A stretch of DNA of 64,000 nucleotides, taken from NCBI GenBank assembly GCA_030141605.1, contig JAQGDQ010000584.1, positions 1 through 64,000 on the forward strand, read 5' to 3'. The translations under genes were made by a program, and so were the position numbers. Shown here in pieces: positions 23,583 to 62,154 of the stretch. Each line of letters opens with the position of its first letter. The stretch's first letter is position 1. Source of the stretch: Tubiluchus corallicola (taxonomy: Eukaryota > Animalia > Priapulida). The notes under the pieces are model-generated. The model was not told the origin of the DNA. It ran no database searches and saw only the letters and a program-made list of their open reading frames with translations.

Positions 23583-23779
23583 CCATTCAATATGTGTCGT
23601 CATATGTTAGACACGTAGACAATTACAGGATAAATGTGCACTTTGTAAACAGTGAAGACGATTTTAAAACTAGAAAGTACCGTACATAAACTGCATTTCC
23701 TCAGTGCAAGAATGTATTAGCTAGTAGCAAAGGGATTTGATTATTAATAATTTTAATGCATACGTCACCAGCATATTTA

Positions 23780-24180
23780 TGCACAACAGCTAAAACACGG
23801 GTTTAATGGTAACTTAAAAAAGAGATAGATACCTTTCATAAAATTATGCAACGGAAAGTTGCAAAGATAAGATATTGCCGTTCATAATCAAAAATGAAGA
23901 TTAATGCACTAGAACAAAAGAAATTTCATTGAGTTGAAAACTCAAGCCGCTAAGATTAAGATGGTTCGGGCACATTCACATTACCCATTGAAACACAAGT
24001 AAGAATCGCTTTGAAGTAGCATTAAAGCCTTGCAAAAAACCACCTGGTAAACCAAAACAAACTTAGATAGCTAAGATATATAAAGATAGTAGCAACTTCT
24101 ATCAGATTTAGCTTTAGGGGCAGAAGAACTCGTATGCTGTTAGCTGCAGATAAGAGTGGGTGGATGCTTTAATGGTAACA
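23780..24180 (+). mobile_element. Decayed RTE-type LINE 3' fragment
   Basis: Broken frames read RLRWFGHI...LPIETQVRIAL...KKPPGKPKQT, like the RTE ORF C-terminus. Confidence 0.65.
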
Positions 24181-24954
24181 GACAGTATCAAAATTTGACG
24201 ATTTTGCAGTGATTTTGCACGTTTGGAAAATTATGCAAAATTTGTTTTTTGCGACTGGGTTTTGTTAGCAGGTGTTTCTCACAAAATTCTAAAGGAAATA
24301 AAAAGTGAAATTCGTCAGTTTAAAATTTAATTTTTTATCACCCTATACTTTTATCAAAATTACACAAAAATTTCTGTTATTCACAAGAAACTGTCTGACG
24401 GGTCGAGCTATTTTGACTGATAATTTGTTAGGCAACTCTGAAGAGATATGACAGGATAATGTTATTTATGCAATTTATTCGTACACATGAGGTACAATAA
24501 ACAGAAATAATAATAACAAATCGGGAAACTTTTAAGGGATTTTACTGGTGGAGCAAAAAGGACAGACCAAAGTTAGGTAATTTCAATGTTTGGTTTTTGG
24601 TTTTCATATTTTTGGTTGATTTTAGTCACCTTTATGTTTGATTTTACCTGCCCAACTTGTCGTTACAAACAGTTTAAATTCAATTCATTTTACACTTCGC
24701 ATGTTTGGTCAGCTGTACACTCGCAGTATAAGAAATAGCAGTTCTATGTGTTGTGTGAAGATCAGTGCTTTAAAAACACTTTTGGCAGTGCTGCACATAT
24801 AACCTACTAATAGGACAATTTTGTTCAAATTTTGAGTCACATATTTCACTTGCTCTTCTATAAAAAATAGTGCAATAAAATTTAATATTATGGACTTTTG
24901 TTTCCTAAATAACTAATAGGTTTGTAATTGTTGGTTAAAGTGTTATTCACCTTT

Positions 24955-25190
<236 letters not shown>

Positions 25191-25295
25191 AAGTAAGAGA
25201 AAAAGCATGAGACAAATTATAGCATATATTAGTTAATAGGTTAATTTATGTTGTGAATTTATAATGGAACACGTTAGCAATTGCACAACTGCTGC

Positions 25296-25841
25296 TAAAG
25301 GAAAACCGGACGATTGTGTAAACATTAGTTCAGAATAAGCAATGCTCTAAAATATTGAAAACTACAATAGATTTTTTTAAAATAAAGCTTAGATTAAATA
25401 ATAATTACCTCGGATACTCAAATTTTGTTGAACTTTCAAAGTTACGCGCGGCTCAGTGAATCTACTAAGATTGGCAACGGCACCTTTTTGTCACGTGCAC
25501 GTGGCCGACAAATAGAAGGCAGTGCCGTGATAATCATGATCATGGACTGCTGTGTTAGTTTCTGACGTCATATGACGTGGAGCCCATTTTCGTGACATCA
25601 CGCAGTACTGTAACACTTACGCAAACGTGCTTGACGCGCAAGGGAGATGCCTGCCATTGCGCAAACTGTGGTTAGTTTCTGACGTAAGCAATAGCTACGT
25701 TCGGTTGCCATTAATTAATTTTGTAAGCTAATTATTCAAATTTTAAGAAAAAATCCTAACTTTTATAGGCAAGAAAATGCATTTTTGGACAGTAAATTAA
25801 GAATGAGATCGAATGAGAACAATCGTCCAATTTTTCTTTAA
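25296..25841. mobile_element. MITE-like element
   Basis: TIRs taaaggaaaaccggacgattgt ... acaatcgtccaatttttctttaa. Confidence 0.6.
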
Positions 25842-27599
25842 GTTTCAATTTTACACTTTTTCTGTATTTACATCACAATAGTGTTTATCTAATACTGGAC
25901 TAGACTGCTCAGGCTGCTTCTTCATGGTATGCAAATTGTGACCAAGTGTCCAGTTATTTCGAAATTGTGGAGGATCACGAGACGTTATGCCATCCGGAAA
26001 GAATATTTTCAAAAGAAAATCTACAAAAAGAACAAAACAAACAACTTAAATTTAGATACGACTGAAGAGAAGGCCATGCATCTGCTGAGTTACAAATCTT
26101 AGTAGCTGTTTACTTGTCGTTTTCGAATTCGTTTTTGTTAATTAAAATGAAATTCCCGCTCATTGCGTTTGTAGTACTTGTATACGTCTTGGCCTTCTTT
26201 GTATGAAATTATGTGTAATCGCTCAGAGTCAGCCTACTCATTTTTAAAGGACAAAAAGGGTACCTGAAGTAGTTTTCAGAAAAATCACCTTAAAAATATA
26301 TTACTTTACAGTAATTTTATGCGTTCATCGTACTTTTCATTTTAAATCTCCCGGAATACTGTTTTGAGGCGCCATTACATGACGTCATAAACGCACAGCA
26401 TAAATCATTGGAAGAAAAGGAAATGTTAAACTATGTTCCAAAAAACTTTTTATGCAAATGTATATTACTTAGCTTTTCGCTTACCTGCTTGAAAGACTTG
26501 TGTAACTAGAAATAATGAATTAAAATGTTCGTGCCAATTGGTAAAGTGTTGCTGGCTCACCTCCAGAGTGCGCCACTCACTAATAAAAAAACCGTATTTT
26601 TAATCTTATTGACAAGATACAGTAATTTAAAATTTTACTTAGTTAGTGACGTGTGTGCTACGAATGCTCTGATCACCGTTTCAAACTTTATCAGTGTTAT
26701 CTGGACTTGTTTCAAATGTCATCGTCAAAATGGCTGCACCTAACGGTTATTGCGGAAGTTGGAACTTACAAGTTTTATACAGCGTTATTGCCAGCGCAAG
26801 CTCTGTATGCAAAAAGCCAGTGGTATAAGATTTCAAGACGAATTTTTTAAGCTTTAAGTAAGTGGAGGGTTTTCTCATGCTGTCGTTTTCTCGTCTTCTG
26901 ACAACAGAACAAAACAGCCAAGACATCTGACAACTGTAAATTAGTGTAGCAGCAGTATACGTTTTGTTGCCACCTGAGAGAAATTCTATTAGTTTGTTTT
27001 AAATCTCAATCATAACTTTGGTTTGCCATGAGTTTTGTAATACTGTTTCATGTAATGCTGCAACATGTTTCAAAAGGAATGGAATAACATGATATAATAT
27101 GATAAAAGAACATTACGTGGTTGAAGTGCTGGATAACTCGAATCTAAAATTTTAGGTTCGAATCGAATTCGAATGTTCAATTCATGTATATGCTTATGAG
27201 TAGACATATACATTATATCTCTGCTTATTCGATCATTGGGTTTCCAAAAAAGCAAGAAGCTGAATTGTTGCCTACAGTTTGCTTATTTTAGGCCTTTCAC
27301 TTGAATGTCTATCATGAACTCAAAGCAAATTATGTCATGCAAAGGAAATAACACTACTCGAAGCAAAAAACTGATGCAAAGAAGCAAAGTGTGTGCCTTA
27401 TTAGCATCCATCGAGCTTGAAAGTAACTTCTAAAATAAAAAAGTGAGTGAATTACGACTGCCAAATTGGGCTTTTTCTGTTGACAGTACAGTTATGCCTA
27501 GGTTTTCAAACGTCTCCGTATTCGTACAAATCGGTTTTCAAACACTTTTAGGAACGAATTATGGTCGAAAACAGAGGCATGACTGTATAGAGTATAGAC

Positions 27600-27695
27600 C
27601 CTAACAAAGACGTCGTCCCTGGTGTCAAAGCGTCTTGACAGTTTATCTGCACATATGCTTCGGTGGAGCGCCGGAGAGATTGTCACGTTCTACAG
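27600..27695 (+). other. Probable non-coding first exon of ERLIN
   Basis: CpG-richer patch ending in a strong donor CAG|GTGAG. The first coding exon has an acceptor at 30879, before its ATG. Start coordinate approximate. Confidence 0.45.
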
Positions 27696-29619
27696 GTGAG
27701 AAAAGATTGCTGCTTTTGCTAGCTTGGGAATCGTTTCACACGTGATTTTAGGTAAGGAGTTAATGTTTTGCCTAATTATTCCAAAAAATTGCGTGTTTGA
27801 AAGCAACAGACGTTTTATATATAATTGTAAGTAGATATGGAACAAAATGTTCTGATGGCATGACCTCCCTCTATCTGCTGTGGTACCACTATATTTAACA
27901 CCTCAGTTAAAGCAAGTTTAGTATAGTGGAGGGGAAAATAGCACGTGTGCTAATGCCCCCATCTCTGTATTATGGATATGGCGGTATATATCGCTTTTGT
28001 TTAGCTAGATTTGCCTTGTGTTAGATTGTTCCATGTTGGCATTACGTTGGGCGTTTGCACTTGTTCGACATCTCCGTGCACCTCTTATTGTGTACCGCTT
28101 TAGTTTTCACAGCCGTGCCATGTCCTGCCTCATGGCTGCTGAGTACATGGCAGAAATGGGAGGGTAGCTGATTTGCGGTCATGTGGTTGCAGAATCCACA
28201 CTAATTTTGCTGAATTGCAGATAGTGAATTATGTACGGATATGCGGACTGCGGATTTTTACGCAAAATTGCAGTATTCAAAAGCCATTGATATAAAGTAA
28301 ATTTTCAAGTGTTTGCACAAAAAGTTTATACAATCTCAGTTCATTAGGCATTTCCTTACGCATTAGAAGGCTTGTTGTCACATTAAATGCTTTTCATCAC
28401 TACTTTAATTTGAGATATTCTTATCACCTCTTGCTTGTTTGCTGTTTCCCGATATTCTACCTGCAAATTCCTAGACGCAAAATATTGCTTATAATTACAA
28501 ATATTATAATTTTTTACTTGAGCCTATTATTTTTTGTGGTGTGTTGGGAATGTGGTGATGGGAACAATTATGGTTGAGTGATGTACTATGTACGTCATAC
28601 TGTGTGACTTGTCATTGAGGGTTTACAAGCAAAATTGGAGTCTGGCTTGTAATTTTGTTATTGATTCTCGATAATAACTCCTAGCTTCATAGAAAAAAAC
28701 GTTTATAGAGCACACATAGCAAGCCTAGTCGTTGCCTACATTTTGAGGATAGTGCGGAAATTTCGTTGACTGCCCCAATCAGCGTGCAAGTTATTTCACA
28801 GAGCTTAATTAACGATGTTCCTATGTTCACAGGCAAGAGAGAATTAATATTTTTGTTGTTCATTTACTGGGTAGCAAAGCTAACTGGCTAGTTTCTGTAT
28901 TATACTTCTGTATCTGTATTTTGTAGTGCTTCGAAACTTCGTCTCTACATTCTGTTTAAGTTGAAAAGTCATTTTTTGGCAACTTGAAGTGTTAATTTCG
29001 TTTAAAAATAGCTGCTGCTCTGCAAATTTGTCTTTATGAAAAAGTGCAGTCAGTTTATCTGCTGATTTGACATTAGTTGTGACTGTCATGTTGTTTAGTT
29101 TAGTTTAGACTGTTGTTGTCCAGCGTAAGCTGTTGTCCTAAATGCTGCCATGTAAGCCAACGTGTTTACATTGCAGTAGAGGTGAAGCGATAGATCAATA
29201 TGTTTGACTTAAATTGAGTCAGGGTGCTTCAATGAGATCTTCTTCATTTGTAAGTGATGGAGCGCATATGCTGCTCGTAACTCAATGGCACTGATCAAAG
29301 ATTTCCCATGTCGCTGGTAAAAGCATCGCTTTTTGTCTAGGTATTTTGCTGCCTTGAGAAAAATTCAATCCAAAGTAAAATAACGCCTAGACAGGTAATG
29401 TGTACACAATACAGCGTAGTGGTGATACTCTTTGAAAGAAACTACCGAGTAGTTTACTAGGGACTGAAACTGATTCAGTACTTAGAAAAATATTAGCCTT
29501 GGCTGCATATTCTGAGCTTACAAATATCTTTGAAAATCTGCATCTCACCACCCTTTTGTCATCTCTTGTAAAACGTGTATGCTTGTATAATTCCAATGTG
29601 TGTGCAGTCAAAGTTGCCC

Positions 29620-29990
29620 AAAAGAATAAAACGAAGCTTTCCAAAGGCATCTGTATAGAAAAGCGTTGGGTGTGAAATGAACAAAGGAAATTTCAAACCG
29701 TGTTCTTACGAGTTAATGAATAATAAAGAATATAATGAGGTCAGACAGAAACTTCAGCTTAGACGGTTTGGACGTATCATTAGATTACTACAGGATTCTC
29801 CACTTACTACAGCATTACTTCAGACACTAGTACCTGAGAAGAATCCAATAGGACAGCGACGTATTTGGATATTTTGAAGAAAGACTTATCAAATACTTCA
29901 CCTGACTCCATCTGACTTAAATAAAAACATGGCTATACTTGGCATGTGGCAGCCGGTCTGGAAACATGACATCGAGTAATGGGTAGTGGT
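29620..29990 (+). mobile_element. Highly decayed RTE-like LINE fragment
   Basis: NEVRQKLQLRRFGRIIRL..DSP..PIGQRRIW resembles the RTE C-terminal LRWFGHxxR...GRPxxxW pattern. Confidence 0.45.
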
Positions 29991-30924
29991 ATGTTGCACA
30001 GCAGAAGCACCTGAGCTGTCATGGTTGACTTCAGTTTCGATACATAATGTAAATAAATGTAAAAAACCACGTGTCAGGTCTGTCTGCTTAACACTTTTTC
30101 AGCATAACAACATGCTGTGCAGCTCCGTCCCACATGCATAGTAAAAACTAAGGAAACTGTGGTAGGTAACTTGGTAAATGTAATTGTTTACGTATCCAAG
30201 GCATTTCCTTGTTACCGGTTTTTCTTTATCGGATGTAACTGTCAACTTTCAGTTTACCATGTAAACTAGTTTATTAATAAAATGTAGTATTTATCAAAGC
30301 TTTGGTACTAGAAAGCAGTTAGAATAGACTTAAATAGATAATTGTCCTTTGCAAAAATGTATTGGAGTCATGGGTGTATTAACAAATAAGCTAACTAGGC
30401 TATAGCCTAAGGTGCCAAAATTTGAGGGACACTACATTTTAGGCACCCAATTTAAAAAAAATTTCTTAATCCCTCCCAAGATGTGTACCCGTTCGTCTTT
30501 ATGTAAAACAAGCATTGTATGACACACCACATGCAGTTACTGGGACCAGTTGTTATATAAGTGCCATATAACGAACAAGTACAAGATAATACACAACAAG
30601 CAGTTGCCCACACTGCTTTTAGATAAGCACAGTTCATTAACAATGTAGAAACTTGGGTAATAGTATTAGTAACACACCACAAGTAATTGTTTAATCTGGT
30701 CAGTACATAACCATTTATAAATTCACAATATACGGGTGGAACAGAACTATCAGCCTAGGCATCGTGAAGCCTTGATATGTCCCTGGTTGGACTAAAAACT
30801 GTACCACTCTTATTTGATCAGCCATCTATAACATGGTGAGGTAAATTATATTACTAATTAATATTTTTTCGTATTTTAGGCGACTTTAAAGTACTGTCTG
30901 TGATATTACTTTCTACCTGGAAAA

Positions 30925-43570
<12,646 letters not shown>

Positions 43571-43974
43571 AGATCAAGCAAAGCAGTAATCCGGGAAGGA
43601 TGTGATAGCGCGGAAATTTTAATGTAAATTAATCGATTGTTAAATAATGGCAGCAAATTGCAGAGGTTTAATTTTTTAATTCATTTGTTTAATAATGATG
43701 AATGAAAATACATTCTTGAAAAATTCTAGTTCCCCCTTTGAGATGGCAACCCTTCAGATGTCTTGCAGTTTTGCTACCCCAGAAATCTGCCCTTTCATGC
43801 CAACGTCACAACTTTGCTAATGGCACACATTGGTTAAGAAAAAAATCCTTTTTCCATTCCATTTCTCTTACCTTTTTATGACCTGATTTGGACTTATTTA
43901 AATTTTCTAATCAGGGATTTTTTTTAATTTAGGATTATTCCGGAATATTTTGCTTCAAGCATCAAGTACACAGA

Positions 43975-44556
43975 TTTTCTATTAAGTGTCTCTGGTTAAC
44001 TCTGATTTTCTGTTAACTCGTATCATATCCTCTTAAGGTGGATCTGGTTAACTCGTATCAGATCTGCTTAGGGTGGATCTGGTTAACTCTGATTTTCTGT
44101 TAACTCGTATCAGATCTGCCTAAGGTGGATCTGGTTAACTCTGATTTTCTGTTAACTCGTAGCAAATCTGCTTAAGGTGGATCTGGTTAACTCTGATTTT
44201 CTGTTCACTCGTATCAGATCTGCCTAAGGTGGATCTGGTTAAATCTGATTTTCTGTTAACTCGTAGCAAATCTGCTTAAGGTGGATCTGGTTAACTCTGA
44301 TTTTCTGTTAACTCGTATCACATCTGCTTAAGGTGGATCTGGTTAACTCTGATTTTCTGTTAACTCGTATCACATCTTCTTAGGGTGGATCTGGTTAACT
44401 CTGATTTGTTGTTAACTCGTATCACATCTGCTTGAGGTGGATCTGGTTAACTCTGATTTTCTGTTAACTCGTATCACATCTTCTTAGGGTGGATCTGGTT
44501 AACTCAGATTTTCTGTAATTCGCATTGGATCCGCTTACGGTGGATCTTGTTAACTC
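43975..44556. repeat. 52-bp minisatellite, about 11 units, downstream of the ERLIN stop
   Basis: ggtggatctggttaactctgattttctgttaactcgtatcagatctgcttaa, period 52 (44124 to 44176). Confidence 0.93.
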
Positions 44557-46009
44557 TTTTTTAAGGTAAATTCCAGTCGATTTCACTCGTGTTTTTTTTT
44601 GTTTTCTCCAAGTTAGGCAGACTTAACAGTAAATTGAACCTTTGGTGTTAGAACTTTCCTGCATGTGGAGTGACTAAGGTTACTTTTCTATACAGCTTGG
44701 TATATATCAAGCTGGATTGAGCATTCAGTGGTGTGGCTCTGCTTAATGTAAACAGTTGTGGTGGGACCAGAACGTATCTCATTACCAAGGGTAACCCTTT
44801 AACTCCTTCAAGACCGTTAAGAGATTGCTGCATTTTGCAGGGGTTCATGAAAAACTGCTCTCACTAAACAGCGATTATGTTACATTTGGTAATTTTTGTA
44901 GGTGTCTTCTCCTCATACAATGGATTTTCATGCAAAATTATATATGAAATACATTTCCTTACCTTAGACAAATTAAAAATTGATTTTTAGGCAAAAAATT
45001 TGAAAAACCTTTCGGTAACTGCAGTGTTTGCACTGTAACAATGTACAGTATCACTTCTGTGAAATCAGCTGATGGAAAAAATTTCACCTATCCAGCAACT
45101 ATTCAAAAACACTCAGATACACTTTAGCCTCAAGTTTACCTTATTTTTAAGGAGAAATTCCTGTTAAAAGATGAAATTTATTTCTTAATTTATCCTTGGC
45201 TACTGTTTGGTTTTTCCTGGGATAGCAGCAGAACTCTGCACAGCTTGTGTTGTAGCAAGCAGGTGATCAGTAAAATAGCGTGTACGATCACGCAAGTGTA
45301 CACCAGACTAAACTACTCGATAGACTAAGTTGGAGTGTTGGAAAAGGGCGTGTTTTTCTTATTTCTATCCAATTAAGTCACTTATAAATGTTTAAACAAA
45401 TAGAATGATTTGACAGCAGATATTCTCCTGTGTAAAACAGTATTTAATTTGTAATCATTTAGCTATGTCTGTGTTCATACAGTACCAGAAAAGCCGTAGG
45501 TCTTGTAAGACTTATTTGAATGGTGCGGCCCTGAAGGAGTTTCAAAATACAAAAACATTCATAATGAAAGTTTTAAGTAAATGTCAAGTGGCGTCTTTTG
45601 CAAGTGAATTGTGGTTGATTTTTCTCGTGGTTGTTTTTAGTTGCACCGTGCCTTATGATTCCCGTCATGTGAAATTCAGTAGATTAGTAGCACAACCGCA
45701 CTGATGTATTGTAGTATAAATACAAAAATGTTGTGATAATCTGTCAGAAGAGGGCAGCACAGTGTTAGCACCTAATGCAGCTGCCAGGTTTGACATTAAT
45801 TTTAGAAAATTTTAGTTTGCCTAAACCTTTGCACAACATTAGTTAATATCAGTTTATAAAAATAGAAATAATAGTAACAATAAAAGTTCTTCGTAACCAT
45901 GGAAACTTTGTGTAAAACTGAAAAAACAATGCCATTGTATTTCCATTTGCCTAAAAATGTACTAGTGTTAAATGCTGATTGAATTCGTTAGAGGTAGCAT
46001 TTTTTTAAT

Positions 46010-46268
46010 CAAAATTGAACATTATTGTGACAGATACAAAACAAATTTGTTAGACTTGGACTTGTTAATCAAGATTGTACATTGTTGTGACAGAAATGAA
46101 ACAAATTTGTGAGACGTGGACTTGTTCATCAAGATTGTACATTGTTTGACAGAAATGAAACAAATTTGTTAGACCTGCACTTGTTCATCAAGATTGTACA
46201 TTGTTGTGACAGAAATGAAACAAATTTGTTAGACCTGCACTTGTTCATCAAGATTGTACATTGTTGTT
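46010..46268. repeat. 60-bp tandem repeat, about 4 units
   Basis: aagattgtac at 46071, 46131, 46190 and 46250. Confidence 0.92.
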
Positions 46269-46424
46269 ATAGACAACAGCTTTGAAATTTGCAAATTACT
46301 ACTCCGCCGGAATGATTTGATGTTAGCGATCTTTTTTAGTTTAAATGGTAATGAAATAGCGCGTGGTTGTTTGCTAGAAAGCTATACAGTGTCATTATTT
46401 CACGCCTTGTATCTGAAAGGATCT

Positions 46425-46831
46425 TACGGCTTGCTCAGACTAGCGAGTTTTCTTGCCAAGTAACTCACGTGTTCAGAGTTGCTGCGAGTTACTCTCTGAC
46501 AGTAGGTGCAAAAACTTTCGAGAGTAATTCGCTGAGATGTTCACACTTGACAGTAAGCGCAAGCGAGTACTTTCGAGAGTAATTTACCGATGCGTTCACA
46601 CTTGACAGTAACTCCCAGCAACTATCGGAGATATACGCTCCGACAGTAAGCGCAAGTGAGAACTTTCGAGAGTAATTTGCCGATGCGTTCACACTTGACA
46701 GTAACTCCCAGCAACTATCGAAGTTTGGTAATTTCTTGTGGAGAGTAACTCGCAAAACAGTTCACAATTGTGAGTTTGCTAGCGGAGAAAAAACTCGCGA
46801 CACAAAACTCGGTAATCTGAACACACCATTA
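46425..46831. mobile_element. MITE-like element with internal direct repeats
   Basis: Imperfect TIRs ggcttgctcagactagcgagtttt ... aaaactcggtaatctgaacacacc. Confidence 0.55.
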
Positions 46832-48164
46832 GCCCAGGAAAAGTTGAATATCGCATTAGAATGCATAGGACATACTCTACGAACATCTTTAGGTTAAGGC
46901 ATGACACTTTTGGCTATGTAAACATTTGACGATTAGCGACCAAGAGGTGGAAAATACTATTTTATAAGTTTGTACATCGTGCATAAAATAAAATTCTATT
47001 TACATTGTTTGAAAATGGTTTTTTAATGTACGAAGTGTGTTGCATCCGTCTCCACGTATCAAAAAAAAATCAAAACACTAATTTGTGATGATAATTTACT
47101 CTGATTATAATAAACTCAAGTATCTAGTCTTAATACATCCGTGGGTTGATTCAACATTACAGTACAATACTAAAACATCATAAGCAACTACGCCTAACGT
47201 ATCTACAATTTTTACAGCAGTATTTATAATACGAATCATTTCACTTCTGACTAAATAATTAAAGGAAAATAATGATTTTAGGTAACAGTTCAAAATGGCC
47301 TACGGTTTAAAATACCTTCAGCATAAATATGTTTCTTAAAAAAAACTTGCATTATTGAATGCCTCAGACGATAATTTAATGAGTATTGATGCTTGCAGTA
47401 TTCGTTCTTAGATGGGAATAGCCTCCTGTTGTTAGATACACGTTGCACAATACACAATTATATGCTGAATCAGAAGAGCACAGATCAAAATGAAGCCAGG
47501 ATTGAGTGCGAAAACAAATTTGAATCCGTTATTGTGAAATTACCAAGTTTTTGCATTGTGCGGTGAATGGAAACAGCCGCACAACGTTGCAAACTCCACT
47601 TTAGCAAATTTGCACAGGAAATTTCTGTCCTTGAAAAATTATACTCGGTGATGGCATCATTGCAAAGTGTTCAAGAAACATGCATTAAGTTTCTAGTTTA
47701 TAATTAAATATTATGATAAATGCGTTTCGTAATCAGAATAGGTAATGAAATGTTTCCTTTAAACACCGACTCTATTAAGCACCAACTGCCCCCATGACCC
47801 TATTAGCACCATTTTTAATTATAACCTTTTATACAAAGCTCTAACAAATCCTGTTTTATCATTATCTAAATTATACAAACAAAAGCCTTTCACAGTTCTA
47901 GCGTTTAATGACGATCGTGAAAAGGTCAAAGGTTAAGTGTACCAGACAACACATTTGTGTACACTTGACAATGCCTCGCAGCCCATGCTATTGTAATAGT
48001 AACAGTTTTAACAGCTAACTAAAACCTTACCTCGTTCATTTTTTCTTATTCCTAAGTAACATCCTGCTAGTAAATCACTCTATGCACAGACTAATACACA
48101 ATTAAGTAAAGTCCATGTAAAAACACTGAAGTTGCTGAACTGATCGACAGCCTAGCACAGTGTG

Positions 48165-48512
48165 CTCCAGCAATGCGGTGTTTGACTGCTGTGCGCATGC
48201 GGCCGTGGACACGTCTGAGCCCAGGTAGAGAAAGAACTGTCACTCACACAGTTTGTTGTCAGTTGTCATGTACTTACCACGAATGGATCAAGCTTGAACT
48301 GCGACAATTTAGGTTATTAGTAAGCAAAAATATCTTTTGTGTTCAGGATTTTATCAAGTTTGCGTATAAATGTTCATATGTTCGTTTGTTTAAAATTACA
48401 ATTACAAAGTACGACATTACATATGTTTGTTACGTTTTACACAGTATTAAAACAATGGCTAAAAACTTACTGGAGCAGCACCTCCAGTAATTTTAGCTAC
48501 CAGCCGCCACTG
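48165..48512 (+). mobile_element. Dispersed repeat, partner of 14888-15223
   Basis: Direct colinear similarity. Confidence 0.75.
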
Positions 48513-48529
48513 AACTCCACTTAGTTATC

Positions 48530-49033
48530 CAGGGATGAGAATGACAAATTGCAAAAAACTCTGAAACAGGTCGGGGGTTTTGGGGCCACATAAAGCCCCC
48601 AATGGGGTTGAGCCAGCAACAAATAGCTACTTTGTGACCATAGAGAGCCTCTAAGTGGACTTAAAATATCAATTACCTAGTTTCATGCATAATTTAAAAT
48701 ACCCAACTATCAAGGATACATGATACCTAATTGTCTCAAAAATGCCTAAGTACTGGCCGCTCCTATGCAAAAGTATATAAAAACTGTCTGCAATTGACTC
48801 AAATAAATCCGCATGATTGATTCTATATTTTTACACATAGAGATATACACGTGGTTAAACTGATGTATGTGATGTAAACAAAGTGACGGCCTGCCAACTA
48901 CCGGTCAGCTTGTGAAATAATATACTGGGTCCGTAAAAATTTTCTCAACGAATTTACGCGATTTACAAAAATGGCACTACTGGTCTACAAAAAACTCGGA
49001 ATTCTGCGTATTTGCGAAAAATTTTCATCCCTG
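48530..49033. mobile_element. hAT-like MITE with GTTATC flanking duplication
   Basis: TIRs cagggatgagaat/attttcatccctg; gttatc at 48524-48529 and 49034-49039. Confidence 0.75.
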
Positions 49034-49167
49034 GTTATCTTGAACGACTACGGGCGTTTTTTGACTGATTTTATGAAAACAAGAGGTTTCCCAGCTGAGT
49101 CAAAATTTCGGTTCTTAAAGCTTCGCAATAAAACAACAAAGAAAAACCCTCACAACCAAAGCATGCC

Positions 49168-49358
49168 TAACTTAACTACAATTTTGAAACACCGTAGTGA
49201 TACACACCCTGGTGACACATAAAGAAAATTACTAAAATCAGACACGTTTTGAGATCATTATTAACTTAACTACAATTTTGATACACCGTAGTGATACACA
49301 CCCTGGTGACACATAAAGAAAATTACTAAAATCAGACACGTTTTGAGATCATTATTAA
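49168..49358. repeat. 94-bp tandem duplication in the probable SLC25A16 3' UTR
   Basis: Two near-identical copies starting at 49168 and 49262. Confidence 0.92.
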
Positions 49359-49518
49359 CAATCTTTATCATTTATGACAATTCCACAATCCTTAAAATTT
49401 CTACAAAACATTTATGCCCTAAATGATTTAATCACAAACTGATTGCTGGAATTCAACGAATAAATAAATAATCTAATAAAAAATAACAATTATTTACAAG
49501 CACTAATTAATGCCATCA

Positions 49519-61271
<11,753 letters not shown>

Positions 61272-62154
61272 TTTGTGACCCTCGTGTGTTTGGAGGATGC
61301 CATATTACACACCACGAAAATTTCGCAGTTAAAAGAAGGCACGTGCGACTTGAATTTAAACCATAGATATGGGTTCACCGAACAAAGTAACCGATTCCCG
61401 TGGTCTTTACTGTACTGTTAGTCTGGTACTGTCGACTTAGTCTCAATAGTATGCCGTTGGCAATTCTCAATTTTAACGTGCAATTATCTATTGGCCTTAG
61501 TCGTAGAAATAAATGAAAACAGGTGAAGGACTGGAGGCTTGTTAATTATTTGTGAAACTACTGACAAATGCTAAGAAGTTCTTTAGATAAGACAATCGCA
61601 ATTTATTATTTGCATTAGAGCTAATTCTTGTTTTGCAATAATTTTGTCATGTTAATTGTTAAAGCCTTTAAAATGTTGATTTTTCGAAAAACGCAAAATA
61701 AAACAAATGCATGCTGAATCAAAATTACGTAGTTTGTGCCGGTGCGTTATATTCTCAAAAAGGTTGTTGTGTTGTAAAATGACTGCTCCCTTGTGGCAGT
61801 TGGTTTTGCTGCTAATGACGGAAATTAATTGTATAAATTTTTTTGATAATTTGCGCTGCACTGCACTGTATTATTAGTTTTTAATGCTAATATAACTATC
61901 GACTGAATAAAAATTTAATATAGGCCCCAGCTTGTTTTTTTCGTTTTTCCTCGTGGTTGAAAAGTAGTGTCCAGCGCTCGCTATTGCATTTCGTTACGTG
62001 ATTTAGAACTACTTCAGTACATGTTTATTTGTATTAGAGAAAGTGCTAATACTCTTCTGGTTTTAATGCAGTTTCTGTATGGTCGTGCTGAGCATGAAGA
62101 ATACGCGTCACTTTGAATGACAGCTTAGTACAAGCCTGTGCGTTTCTCAAGACA
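61272..62154. promoter_or_regulatory. Probable bidirectional promoter region between SLC25A16 and ODR4
   Basis: Divergent ATGs only 883 bp apart. Confidence 0.6.
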
